In this document: positions 10,490 through 19,661 of the stretch, piece after piece
Layout of the letters: each line of letters opens with the position of its first letter
Numbering within the stretch: position 1 is the first letter of the stretch
Origin: Clostridia bacterium
GTDB lineage: Bacteria > Bacillota > Clostridia > Christensenellales > DTU072
Assembly (NCBI GenBank): GCA_017461065.1
Contig: JAFTZC010000061.1
Coordinates: 1 to 61,250 of the forward strand
Reading direction: 5' to 3'
DNA: 61,250 bases
Notes under the pieces: generated by a model
What the model was told of the DNA's origin: nothing
The model's database searches: none
What the model saw: only the letters and a program-made list of their open reading frames with translations
Made by a program: the position numbers and the translations under genes

Positions 10490-11545
10490 ATGAAAATCAC
10501 TTTGACACAACAAAAGAAAGCAAAACCCGATTTTTCCAAGCTTGGCTTTGGTAAGTACTTCACCGACCATATGCTCATTATGGATTATAAAAATGGCGCT
10601 TGGTGCGAACCTGAAATCGTACCATACGGCAGTTTCTCACTTGACCCATCAACTTGCGTATTGCACTACGGTCAAGGTATCTTTGAAGGTCTAAAGGCAT
10701 ACAAGAATGCAGAAGGCAAAATTACTATGTTCCGCCCATACGACAACTTCAAGAGAATGAATCGTTCAGCTGAACGTCTTTGTATGCCAACCATCGACGT
10801 AGACAAGATGGTTGAGTGGCTAAAAGAACTCATTCTCGTAGACGAAGAATGGATTCCAACGGCACCCGGTACCGCTCTATATATTCGTCCTACTATGGTT
10901 GCAACCGACGCTATGCTCGGCGTACACCCCGGACATACTTATCGCTTCTTCATCATCCTTTCACCCGTTGGCAGTTACTATCCAAACGGATTGCAACCCA
11001 CCAAGATTTTGGTTGAAAAGGAATACGTTCGCGCACCTCTCGGTGGCACGGGCGAAGCAAAGTGTATGGGTAACTATGCAGCAAGCTTGCTCGCAGGCGA
11101 TATCGCAAACAAAAAAGGTTACGAGCAAGTTCTATGGCTCGACTCCAACGAACACAAGTACGTTGAAGAAGTTGGCGCAATGAATATGTTCTTCGTATTC
11201 GACGGCGTAGTTAAGACGCCTGCACTTGTTGGCTCCATTCTCCCCGGCATCACCCGTGACTCCGTACTTCAAATTTTACGCTCCGAAGGTAAGCCCGTTG
11301 AAGAATGCAGAATTTCAGTTGACGAAATCGTTGCTATGAACGAGCAAGGTAAACTCGACGAAGCATTCGGTAGCGGTACTGCAGCAGTTATCAGCCCCGT
11401 TGGCGTACTTAACATTGGTGGCGAAGACAAAGTTATCAACAACTTTGAAATGGGTCCCATCACCTCATACCTTTACGACAAGCTCACCGGTATCCAATAC
11501 GGTAGATACGAAGACACCTTCGGTTGGGTAGTAAAAGTAAACTAA
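10490..11545 (+). CDS. ilvE: branched-chain amino acid aminotransferase
   Basis: 351 aa; class IV aminotransferase features (GQGIFEGLKAY, GEAKCMGNYAAS). Confidence 0.9.
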   Translation: MKITLTQQKKAKPDFSKLGFGKYFTDHMLIMDYKNGAWCEPEIVPYGSFSLDPSTCVLHYGQGIFEGLKAYKNAEGKITMFRPYDNFKRMNRSAERLCMPTIDVDKMVEWLKELILVDEEWIPTAPGTALYIRPTMVATDAMLGVHPGHTYRFFIILSPVGSYYPNGLQPTKILVEKEYVRAPLGGTGEAKCMGNYAASLLAGDIANKKGYEQVLWLDSNEHKYVEEVGAMNMFFVFDGVVKTPALVGSILPGITRDSVLQILRSEGKPVEECRISVDEIVAMNEQGKLDEAFGSGTAAVISPVGVLNIGGEDKVINNFEMGPITSYLYDKLTGIQYGRYEDTFGWVVKVN

Positions 11546-11578
11546 ATTTATAAGAGAGCCGCAAGGCTCTCAATTAAT

Positions 11579-12199
11579 ATGGTAGAGATAAAAGAAATTA
11601 AGCGTAACAAAAAGAGCTACACTTTGGTGGTGGGGGAAGAAGTGATAAAGAACGTCAACGTTGACGTTGCACTTTCATACTCTTTGCAAGTGGGCGAAAT
11701 GGCCCCTGATAAATTCAAGGAGTTCCTAAAAGAAAACGATAGGCAAAACGCAAAAAGCTATCTATATAATATGATAGCGCGTAAAGCTCGCACCACTAAA
11801 GAAGCAAAGGACCGTCTTTATGAAAAGGGTTATCATAAGGATGCGGTCGATTACGCCATCGCTTCGGTGTCGTCTTACGGCTACCTTGACGACGAAGAAT
11901 ACGCCAAAAACTACGTTGAGAACGCTATGCGCTCCAAGGGTGGATATAGGGTTAGAAGGGAACTTCAACTTAAAGGCGTAAGTGATGAGAGCATCGCCGA
12001 AGCACTCCTTGAAATGGACTCGGATAGCGAGTTTGACTCGGCGTACGAGCTTGCAAAAAAGTACCTAAAGAGCAAGGACGTAACCGACGAAAAGGTCAAG
12101 GAAAAGCTTTTCCGCTACCTTGTCTCAAGGGGTTATGGATATGATTCTGTCAAAAAGGTTATGCGAAAAGTCGGTGCCGAAATAGACGATAATCCGTAG
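11579..12199 (+). CDS. recX: RecA regulator RecX
   Basis: 206 aa; three-helical-repeat RecX-like sequence (YLYNMIARKARTTKEAKDRLYEKGY..., YLVSRGYGYDSV). Confidence 0.8.
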   Translation: MVEIKEIKRNKKSYTLVVGEEVIKNVNVDVALSYSLQVGEMAPDKFKEFLKENDRQNAKSYLYNMIARKARTTKEAKDRLYEKGYHKDAVDYAIASVSSYGYLDDEEYAKNYVENAMRSKGGYRVRRELQLKGVSDESIAEALLEMDSDSEFDSAYELAKKYLKSKDVTDEKVKEKLFRYLVSRGYGYDSVKKVMRKVGAEIDDNP

Positions 12200-12212
12200 C
12201 CATAGCTACTAA

Positions 12213-12554
12213 TTAACTGAAGAAACCTAATGAAACCATAAGCGCGTTATTGACTTTACGCATAGTGTCGGAGTTTACTTCGCCAACGTAAGTCTTGAGA
12301 CGCGCTTTATCTATGGTCCTAAGTTGCTCAAGCAGTAGTACGCTTTGCCTTTCGAGTCCGGTTGACTCGCTAAGCTCAACGTGTGTGGGGAGTTTCGCTT
12401 TATCGAGCTTTGAAGTTATCGCTCCCACTATTACCGTTGGGGAGTAGCGGTTGCCCACGTCGTTTTGTACGACAAGCACGGGGCGCACTCCGCCTTGCTC
12501 GCTTCCGACCACAGGGCTCAGGTCGGCGTAATATATCTCCCCGCGCTTAATCAT
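12213..12554 (-). CDS. mazF: MazF/EndoA-type endoribonuclease toxin (type II TA toxin), no adjacent antitoxin
   Basis: Close to B. subtilis EndoA as I recall it ([31 protein letters not shown]...KLPTHVEL). Track ORF 12213-12572 trimmed to the second ATG (12554), which has GAGGAA 6 nt upstream. Confidence 0.85.
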   Translation of the reverse strand: MIKRGEIYYADLSPVVGSEQGGVRPVLVVQNDVGNRYSPTVIVGAITSKLDKAKLPTHVELSESTGLERQSVLLLEQLRTIDKARLKTYVGEVNSDTMRKVNNALMVSLGFFS

Positions 12555-12629
12555 AATTACTTCCTCATTCATAATTATTCCTTTTCACCCTAAATTGTTG
12601 CCAATAGCAAGGATTTTAGACAAAAAGTG

Positions 12630-12658
12630 TTTACTTAGTTTGATAAATATGGTATATT
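12630..12658 (+). promoter_or_regulatory. candidate metG promoter (TTTACT-17-TATATT with TGn extended -10)
   Basis: Hexamers read directly. Confidence 0.4.
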
Positions 12659-12663
12659 TATCA
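12641..12663. promoter_or_regulatory. perfect 10-bp inverted repeat TGATAAATAT-ggt-ATATTTATCA in the mazF/metG divergent intergenic region
   Basis: Arms 12641-12650 and 12654-12663 are exact reverse complements; overlaps the candidate metG -10. Confidence 0.5.
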
Positions 12664-12708
12664 GAGTGTGACTCACAATCAATGATAATTAATCCCACGA
12701 GGTAAAAT

Positions 12709-14670
12709 ATGGCTAATAAAAAGTTTTATATGACAACCGCAATCGCTTATACGTCAGGTAAGCCTCATATTGGCAACACCTACGAAATCGTACTATCCGA
12801 CTTCATTGCAAGATTTAAGAGAATGCAAGGTTATGACGTACGTTTCCAAACGGGTACCGACGAGCACGGCGAAAAGATAGAGCTCAAGGCAAAGGATAAA
12901 GGCATCACCCCCAAAGCATTCGTTGACGAAGTAGCAGGGGGCATCAAGAGTATTTGGGACCTAATGAACACCAGCTACGATTATTTTATCCGCACTACCG
13001 ACAGCTATCACGAAAAGCAAGTTCAAAAGCTCTTCAAAAAGTTCTACGAGCAAGGCGATATTTATAAGGGCTCATATAAAGGTTGGTACTGCACTCCCTG
13101 TGAGTCTTTCTGGACCGAATCTCAACTCGTTGACGGCAAGTGCCCCGATTGTGGCAGAGAAGTTAAGCTCGCCGAAGAAGAAGCATATTTCTTCAAGATG
13201 AGCCAATACTCCGACGCTCTCATCAAGTACTACGAAGAACACCCCGACTTTATCACTCCCGTTTCAAGACGTAACGAGATGATGAACAACTTCCTTAAGC
13301 CAGGTCTACACGACCTATGCGTATCACGTACTTCGTTCAAGTGGGGTATCCCCGTTGACTTCGACCCCGGTCACGTCGTATACGTATGGCTCGACGCTCT
13401 CACCAATTACATCACTGGCGTTGGCTACGATGCCGACGGCAACTCAAGTGACGAATGCAAAAAGTGGTGGCCTGCCGACGTTCATATTATCGGCAAGGAT
13501 ATCGTAAGATTCCATACCATTTATTGGCCCATCTTCTTGATGGCAATGGGCGAAGAGCTTCCCAAGAAGATTTTTGCTCATCCTTGGCTACTCCAAGACG
13601 GCGACAAGATGAGCAAGTCGCGTGGCAACGTAATGTATGCCGACGACCTCGTAAAGTTCTACGGCGTGGACGCTGTCAGATACTTCCTTCTATCTCAAAT
13701 GCCATTTGATAACGACGGCGTTATCAGCTGGGATATCATCACCGATTCGGTTAACAGCGACCTTGCAAACATCTACGGCAACTTGGTAAGCAGAACGGTT
13801 GCTATGAGCCAAAAGTACTTCGGTGGCGTTTTGGAAAACAAGGGCGTTGAAGAAGAAGTTGACGCTGACCTTAAGGCAGTAGTTACGGGCGCATACGCTA
13901 AGGTTGCCGAAAAGGTTGAGCAATATAAAGTGGCTGACGCAATGCAAGAGATTATGCACGTATTCCGTCGCGCCAATAAGTACATTGACGAAACTATGCC
14001 TTGGGCACTTGCAAAGGACGAAAGCAAGGCCGACCGCCTTAAGACCGTCCTATACAACCTTGCTGAAACCATCGTAATCGGTACTACCTTGATGGAAAAC
14101 GCAATGCCCGAGCTATGTAAGGAAGTATACGCTCAATTCGGCACTACCGCACGTAAGGTTGAAGACCTTGGAACCTTTGGTCTTCTCCCGGACGGCACCA
14201 AGGTAGTGGTTAGCGACAAAAAGCTTTTCCAACGTCTTGACGCAAAGGAAATCAACCAAAAGGTAGAAGAAATGTACGCTGCTCGCAAGGCTCCCCAAAA
14301 AGAAGCAAAAGCAGAAGTTAAGGCTACCGAAGAAGAAAAGAAAGAAACCATAACTATCGATAAGTTTGCAGCCGTTGAGCTTAAAGTTGGCAAGGTTATT
14401 GCTTGCGAAAAGCTCCAAAAATCCAACAAACTTCTAAAGTCCACCGTAGAAATCGGCGACGAAACTCGCACCATTCTAAGCGGTATTGCAAAGTACTATA
14501 CCCCCGAAGAAATGGTAGGCAAGCTCGTCGTAGTAGTAACCAATCTTGCACCTGCTAAACTATGCGGCACGGTATCGGAAGGTATGCTACTTTGCGCAAG
14601 CGATCCAAACGGAAACGTAGTTCTTCTCACCCCCGAGCAAGTAGTTCAAAGCGGATCTAAGATTTCATAA
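12709..14670 (+). CDS. metG: methionine--tRNA ligase with C-terminal tRNA-binding (Trbp111/EMAP-like) domain
   Basis: 653 aa; HIGN (HIGH-class) and KMSKS motifs; zinc knuckle CTPCE...CPDCG. Confidence 0.96.
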   Translation: MANKKFYMTTAIAYTSGKPHIGNTYEIVLSDFIARFKRMQGYDVRFQTGTDEHGEKIELKAKDKGITPKAFVDEVAGGIKSIWDLMNTSYDYFIRTTDSYHEKQVQKLFKKFYEQGDIYKGSYKGWYCTPCESFWTESQLVDGKCPDCGREVKLAEEEAYFFKMSQYSDALIKYYEEHPDFITPVSRRNEMMNNFLKPGLHDLCVSRTSFKWGIPVDFDPGHVVYVWLDALTNYITGVGYDADGNSSDECKKWWPADVHIIGKDIVRFHTIYWPIFLMAMGEELPKKIFAHPWLLQDGDKMSKSRGNVMYADDLVKFYGVDAVRYFLLSQMPFDNDGVISWDIITDSVNSDLANIYGNLVSRTVAMSQKYFGGVLENKGVEEEVDADLKAVVTGAYAKVAEKVEQYKVADAMQEIMHVFRRANKYIDETMPWALAKDESKADRLKTVLYNLAETIVIGTTLMENAMPELCKEVYAQFGTTARKVEDLGTFGLLPDGTKVVVSDKKLFQRLDAKEINQKVEEMYAARKAPQKEAKAEVKATEEEKKETITIDKFAAVELKVGKVIACEKLQKSNKLLKSTVEIGDETRTILSGIAKYYTPEEMVGKLVVVVTNLAPAKLCGTVSEGMLLCASDPNGNVVLLTPEQVVQSGSKIS

Positions 14671-15428
14671 TGCTGATAGATACTCACGCACATCTAAACG
14701 ACGAAAGGTTACTCCCGATAGCAGCTGACATCGTTAGCACTATGCAGGCGAAGGGCTTGGAGTCTATCATAAACGTTGGCTACGATAGGGAGTCAAGCGA
14801 AAAGGCGGTAAGTCTTGCTCATGCCTACGACCCCCTATACGCAGTAGTCGGTGTGCATCCGCACGATGCTAAGAGCGCAACCAAGGACGACTACCTTTAC
14901 TTTGAAAAGGTAAGCACCGACCCAAAGGTTGTGGCGATAGGCGAAATCGGCCTTGATTTTTACTACGACCTAAGTGACCGCGACGTGCAAAAGAAAGTTT
15001 TTGTGGAGCAGCTTGAGCTTGCTCACTCTCTAAAGCTACCCGTCGTTATGCACGTTAGGGAGGCATACGGCTTGGCTCTTGAAATACTAAAGGAAAACGC
15101 AAGATTTTTGGAGTACGGCGGTGTAATGCACTGCTACGCAGGTAGTAAAGAGCTCCTTAGGGACTTCGTTGACCTTGGCTTGCACGCATCGTTTGGTGGC
15201 GTAATTACGTTTAAAAACTTTGCTAAGCAAGAAGTGGTAAAGAGCTGTCCTGCCGATAGATTGCTCCTTGAAACGGACTGCCCGTATATGACGCCCGTAC
15301 CATTCCGCGGCAAAACCAATATGCCTGAATACGTTGCGCTCGTAAGGGATAAAATACAAGAGTGGCGCCCCGACTTAGACGTCGAAAGCATCACTACACA
15401 AAATGCAAAAAGGCTATTTAAGATATAA
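14670..15428 (+). CDS. tatD: TatD-family metal-dependent hydrolase/DNase
   Basis: 252 aa; N-terminal IDTHAHL motif, GEIGLDFYY; TAATG overlap with metG. Confidence 0.9.
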   Translation: MLIDTHAHLNDERLLPIAADIVSTMQAKGLESIINVGYDRESSEKAVSLAHAYDPLYAVVGVHPHDAKSATKDDYLYFEKVSTDPKVVAIGEIGLDFYYDLSDRDVQKKVFVEQLELAHSLKLPVVMHVREAYGLALEILKENARFLEYGGVMHCYAGSKELLRDFVDLGLHASFGGVITFKNFAKQEVVKSCPADRLLLETDCPYMTPVPFRGKTNMPEYVALVRDKIQEWRPDLDVESITTQNAKRLFKI

Positions 15429-16021
15429 TGAACACTTATTCATATTCAATTGACGGAAAAATTTATATAAATCTAACCAATCGTTGCTCCAACGCTTGCG
15501 ATTTTTGCGTGCGCGTAAACGATAGTTACAGCGAGCATAGTTTGTGGCTTGACAAAGAGCCTACCACCGAAGAAGTAATCAATTCCTTCCAAAAGTTGGA
15601 TTTTGACGGCACCAAAGAATTCGTATTTTGCGGATACGGCGAGCCCACGTATAAGCTCAAAGAGATACTCGAAATTTCGGAGTATCTACACAAGCACGGC
15701 AAAATCGTGCGCTTGAACACCAACGGCCAAGCCGATTTGATTATCGGCGAGCAAGTTGCCCCAAAGCTAAAGGGATATATCGATATAATTTCGATATCGC
15801 TAAACGCATCAAACGCAAAGGCATATCAAGATATTTGCCACAGCGAGTTTGGCGAAAAGGCTTTTTATGCAATGCTCAACTTTGCAAAGGAGTGCAAGGA
15901 ATACGTTCCCGTCGTAAAGGTTTCGCTCGTTGACGTTGTTGGTGAAGAAGAAATCAAAAAGGCTATCGAGCTTTGTGAAAGTATCGGTATCGACCTAAGA
16001 ATTCGCGCTTATATATCATAA
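15428..16021 (+). CDS. small radical SAM protein of the TatD-associated type
   Basis: 197 aa; CX3CX2C cluster motif (CSNACDFC) at residues ~20-27; 1-nt overlap with tatD stop. Confidence 0.8.
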   Translation: MNTYSYSIDGKIYINLTNRCSNACDFCVRVNDSYSEHSLWLDKEPTTEEVINSFQKLDFDGTKEFVFCGYGEPTYKLKEILEISEYLHKHGKIVRLNTNGQADLIIGEQVAPKLKGYIDIISISLNASNAKAYQDICHSEFGEKAFYAMLNFAKECKEYVPVVKVSLVDVVGEEEIKKAIELCESIGIDLRIRAYIS

Positions 16022-16028
16022 AAATCAT

Positions 16029-16060
16029 AACCGCACCACGCGGGTGCGGTTATTCTTCGT
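16029..16060 (+). terminator. intrinsic terminator after the metG-tatD-rSAM operon
   Basis: aaccgcacc / ggtgcggtt 9-bp stem followed by a T-rich tail. Confidence 0.65.
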
Positions 16061-16141
16061 TTGTACCTTAAGACTTTGTCTTTAGTACGTAAGTAGTATT
16101 AAAAAGGCACTCAAAATTATACGGAGTAGGGTAGTAAAATA

Positions 16142-16969
16142 ATGGAAGTAAAAGAGATACTCAAAAAACACGGCTTTACGTTTAAAAAGCAGTTAGGACA
16201 AAACTTTCTAACCGAAGGCTCGCTACTCCGCGCGATAGTTAAGGATGCAGGGGTAACCGAAGACGACGTAGTAGTCGAAATAGGTACGGGAGCAGGCACT
16301 CTCACCCAAGCCATTGCCGAAAAAGCAAAGCAGGTATACACCTTTGACGTGGATACCGCGCTCGCGCCCATTCTAAACGAAACGCTAAGCGGTAGAGATA
16401 ATATAACGCTCAACTTCCTTGACGTTTTGAAGTGCTCGGACGAAAAGCTAAAGGATATAATAGGGAATACCCCGTTTAAGGTGGTTGCAAATATACCTTA
16501 CTACGTAACCACGCCCCTTATTATGCGCTTTTTGGAAAGCACTCTTGACGTGCGCTCCTTGACGGTAATGGTACAAAAGGAAGTGGCAGATAGGCTTGTT
16601 GCCGAGCCCGACACCGAAAACTACGGAGCAATCACGCTCGCTATAGAGATGCGTGGCGTTGCAAAGGTTACTCGCCCCGTATCAAGGATGTTATTCCACC
16701 CGGCTCCAAAGGTTGATAGCGCTGTCGTACATATCGCAATCGACGACGATAGGTTTGAAATTGAAGACCGCGATTTCCTAAGAAAGCTTATTAGAGCAGG
16801 CTTCCAAATGAGACGTAAGACCCTTGTCAACAACATAGGCGCAACCCTTGGTATCACCAAGGAAAGGGCAAAGGAAGTGCTTGTGTCACTTGGCTACTCC
16901 GAAAGTATCCGTGGCGAAGCGCTATCCATTGAAGACTATATCAAAATAGCAAAGGCGCTCAAAGAATAG
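16142..16969 (+). CDS. rsmA: 16S rRNA (adenine1518/1519-N6)-dimethyltransferase
   Basis: 275 aa; KKQLGQNFL and SAM-binding VVEIGTGAGTLT motifs. Confidence 0.94.
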   Translation: MEVKEILKKHGFTFKKQLGQNFLTEGSLLRAIVKDAGVTEDDVVVEIGTGAGTLTQAIAEKAKQVYTFDVDTALAPILNETLSGRDNITLNFLDVLKCSDEKLKDIIGNTPFKVVANIPYYVTTPLIMRFLESTLDVRSLTVMVQKEVADRLVAEPDTENYGAITLAIEMRGVAKVTRPVSRMLFHPAPKVDSAVVHIAIDDDRFEIEDRDFLRKLIRAGFQMRRKTLVNNIGATLGITKERAKEVLVSLGYSESIRGEALSIEDYIKIAKALKE

Positions 16970-16996
16970 CTGAAATATAAAAGGCATATTAAGATT

Positions 16997-17029
16997 ATCT
17001 CTCTCATAGTATAGTGAGGGAGATTTTTT
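16997..17029 (+). terminator. hairpin plus T6 after rsmA whose 3' arm contains the SD of the next gene
   Basis: atctctctc (16997-17005) pairs with gagggagat (17016-17024, one G-U); tttttt, then ATG 17030. Confidence 0.55.
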
Positions 17030-17929
17030 ATGTTAATCAAAAAAACGATTGTAATTTTAGACGATATCAAAACTGTAGGACACTTGAGCATTATTAGAGT
17101 GGGACAAGAAACGGGAGCAAAACTAAGTCTTGTCAAAGCAATAAACGGTTTTTTGCAAATAAAGCTAAGCGGCAGCGAGCAAGAGTGTTTTGAAATAGTT
17201 GGCACGCGTATGGAATTTATGCTAAAAGGTACGCTTAACTCAACCGACCTAATAGGCGTGCTTATCGTAAGCGAAGACGGCGAAATCCAAGCAAAAGGCG
17301 GTAGGGCGGATATAGTAAATCCGACGCTGTTTTTAGAGCAAGCAGGGACTGAAGAAAGTAGCGAAAATCAGCCTGATTCCGCCGAGCCCGAAAATACGGA
17401 AACTATGGAAGTTGAGCAACCTAATTTGGAAAATCAAGAGTCTGAACAAGAGTTTATCGTTGAAGTTGAAGAAGAAAACGTCGAGCAAAAAACGGCTGAT
17501 ACCATAGCTGAAACCGTTCTCGAAACGGAGCAGGATATTAGCGTTGAAACGGCATCTTCCGATAGTCCCGAAAGGGCGCTCCCCTTTAACTTTATAAAGG
17601 GCGAAAACTTTTATAAAAACGTAAGGACGAAGCTCGGCGAAATAATGACTGCAAACCCAAGGGAAGATAGGCTTGAAAAAGCCATCCCCGACTCAAAGTG
17701 GGTAAAGGTTTACTACGACAAGGACGAGTATTACGTCGTGGGTATTTTAACCGACGAAGGTGACGTCAAATTCCTTGCTTACGGAGTGCCCGGTGTTAAA
17801 GCCGTAAAACCGCCAAAAGATGCCGAAGAACTTTGTGATTTTTTGGAAATCAAAGGGGGCTTGGGTGAAGGCTATTGGATAATGTTCCAAAACGCTAAAA
17901 ACGGCGAGATAGTCAAAAGCATAGATTAA
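17030..17929 (+). CDS. hypothetical protein with a central acidic E/Q-rich linker
   Basis: 299 aa; N-terminal ~100-aa domain, ~90-aa low-complexity acidic region, C-terminal ~110-aa domain (YYVVGIL...YGVPG...GYWIMFQNAKNGE); no family recognised. Confidence 0.6.
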   Translation: MLIKKTIVILDDIKTVGHLSIIRVGQETGAKLSLVKAINGFLQIKLSGSEQECFEIVGTRMEFMLKGTLNSTDLIGVLIVSEDGEIQAKGGRADIVNPTLFLEQAGTEESSENQPDSAEPENTETMEVEQPNLENQESEQEFIVEVEEENVEQKTADTIAETVLETEQDISVETASSDSPERALPFNFIKGENFYKNVRTKLGEIMTANPREDRLEKAIPDSKWVKVYYDKDEYYVVGILTDEGDVKFLAYGVPGVKAVKPPKDAEELCDFLEIKGGLGEGYWIMFQNAKNGEIVKSID

Positions 17930-17944
17930 TGGTAAGTTTTGAGT

Positions 17945-17975
17945 AAAAAGTGAGTAAATCTCACTTTTTATTCAT
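17945..17975 (+). terminator. intrinsic terminator
   Basis: aaaaagtgag-taaat-ctcacttttt. Confidence 0.65.
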
Positions 17976-17992
17976 TTTATATTTTTTAGGGG

Positions 17993-18020
17993 TTGCAATT
18001 TTTGTATAAGGGTGTATAAT
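17993..18020 (+). promoter_or_regulatory. sigma-70-like promoter (TTGCAA-16-TATAAT)
   Basis: 17993-17998 ttgcaa; 18015-18020 tataat with tg immediately adjacent upstream at 18013-18014 (no spacer nt, so not a canonical TGn extended -10). Confidence 0.55.
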
Positions 18021-18061
18021 AGATACTAATTAATCTAAGAGAAGAACTAAGGAGAAAAACC

Positions 18062-19609
18062 ATGTCAACTATGATTGCCGTTTCCGGCGGAAGATGGAGT
18101 GCATATCTTATCCTTGCTTTATTCATTGCCGCAATGGTAGCAGTTACCGTTGTTACGAGTAAAAAGGCTTCGTCCCTTGACGGATTCCTACTCGGTAACC
18201 GTGGTATCGGCGGTTGGATGAGTGCTTTCGGCTATGGCACCACCTATTTTAGCGCAGTAGTATTCATCGGTTATGCAGGTACTTTTGGTATGTCGCTTGG
18301 TCTTGGCGCCGTTTGGATTGGTATTGCAAACGCAGTAGTAGGCTCGCTTCTCGCTTGGATGGTGCTTGCAAAACGCACCCGTGATATGACCCAAGAGCTT
18401 GATGCAAAAACTATGCCCGAGTTCTTTGAAAAACGCTACGACAGCAAATATCTCAAGCTATACTCTGCTCTCGTAATCGCATTCTTTATGATTCCTTATT
18501 GTACCTCGGTATATCAAGGCATCGGCTACATTATGGAAGCAGTTTTGGGTATTCCGTTTATTTGGAGCGTTATCATTATGGCAGTGCTTGTCGGCGCATA
18601 TCTATTCGTCGGCGGCTTCTTTGCTAACGCAGTATCCAACTTCATCCAAGGCATTATTATGCTTGTCGGCGTATTTATTATGCTCGTTCTTATGCTGATG
18701 GCACCCGAAGTAAAAGGCATCGAAGGTCTCCAAAAGCTAATCGACAGCGGCTACGGCTTCTTCCCATCGGCAGTTAGCTCCACCGAGCATTGGTTTGACG
18801 CTCCTGCCGCTCAACTAATATTCAATATCTTGCTCACTTCCGTAGGTATTTGGGCAGTACCACAATCGGTTCAAAAGTTCTACGCAATCAAAAACGATAG
18901 GGCTATTACTCAAGGTACCGTGATATCCTTCTTGTTTGCATTGTTAGTAGGTGGTGGCGCATATTTCAACGGCTCACTTTCTCGCTTGTTCTATCCCGAA
19001 ATGCCGGCAGAAGGTACAGCTAATATCATCCCAAATATCCTTTTGTCCAACTCTCTTATGAACTACGCAGTGCTCGGATTTATCTGCGTATTGGTACTTA
19101 GCGCAAGTATGTCAACGCTATCTTCACTTGCTCTCGTCAGCGCATCAAGCGTGGGCGTAGACGTATATAAAGGATATATCAAAAAGGATGCCGACGACAA
19201 AAAACTTAAGATTCTGGTTAGAGTTCTTTGCTTCTTCTTCGTTGCACTTTCAGCAGTGTTCGCTATTTTAGAAGTTGATGCTATCGTAACCCTTATGTCA
19301 CTATCTTGGGGTACTATGGCTGGCTGTTTCATTGGACCATATATCTACGGTCTATATTGGAAGAAGTCCAACAAGTACGGCACCTACGCTTCAATCACCG
19401 CTTGCCTAATGATAACCATAATACTAATCTTCGTATTCGGCGATATCACAGGTGCTACCACCTTTGGTCAACTAATTAAGTTCGGTATCAAAAAGAGCCC
19501 GATGATAGGCGTATTCTGTATGGGTAGCTCAATGATTATAACGCCCGTGGCTTCAATCGTTGGCGAAAAGATTGAAAGCTTGGTAAATGCTAAAAAAGTT
19601 GAAGCATAA
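18062..19609 (+). CDS. sodium:solute symporter (SSF) family transporter
   Basis: 515 aa, ~13 predicted TM helices, SSF-like N-terminal region (GNRGIGGWMSAFGYGTTYFSAVVFIGYAG). Confidence 0.85.
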   Translation: MSTMIAVSGGRWSAYLILALFIAAMVAVTVVTSKKASSLDGFLLGNRGIGGWMSAFGYGTTYFSAVVFIGYAGTFGMSLGLGAVWIGIANAVVGSLLAWMVLAKRTRDMTQELDAKTMPEFFEKRYDSKYLKLYSALVIAFFMIPYCTSVYQGIGYIMEAVLGIPFIWSVIIMAVLVGAYLFVGGFFANAVSNFIQGIIMLVGVFIMLVLMLMAPEVKGIEGLQKLIDSGYGFFPSAVSSTEHWFDAPAAQLIFNILLTSVGIWAVPQSVQKFYAIKNDRAITQGTVISFLFALLVGGGAYFNGSLSRLFYPEMPAEGTANIIPNILLSNSLMNYAVLGFICVLVLSASMSTLSSLALVSASSVGVDVYKGYIKKDADDKKLKILVRVLCFFFVALSAVFAILEVDAIVTLMSLSWGTMAGCFIGPYIYGLYWKKSNKYGTYASITACLMITIILIFVFGDITGATTFGQLIKFGIKKSPMIGVFCMGSSMIITPVASIVGEKIESLVNAKKVEA

Positions 19610-19627
19610 AAGGTAAACGAACAAATA

Positions 19628-19658
19628 GAAAGGAACGGCAAGTCCGTTCCTTTTTTTG
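19628..19658. terminator. bidirectional intrinsic terminator
   Basis: aggaacgg-caagt-ccgttcct flanked by an A-run and T7; sits between convergent genes. Confidence 0.7.
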
Positions 19659-19661
19659 TCG

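Noticed and set aside
12573-12708. Search for a MazE/EndoAI antitoxin upstream of mazF
   Set aside because: Reading both strands gives no ORF longer than about 15 codons, so no antitoxin feature is reported. The absence itself is listed as a finding.
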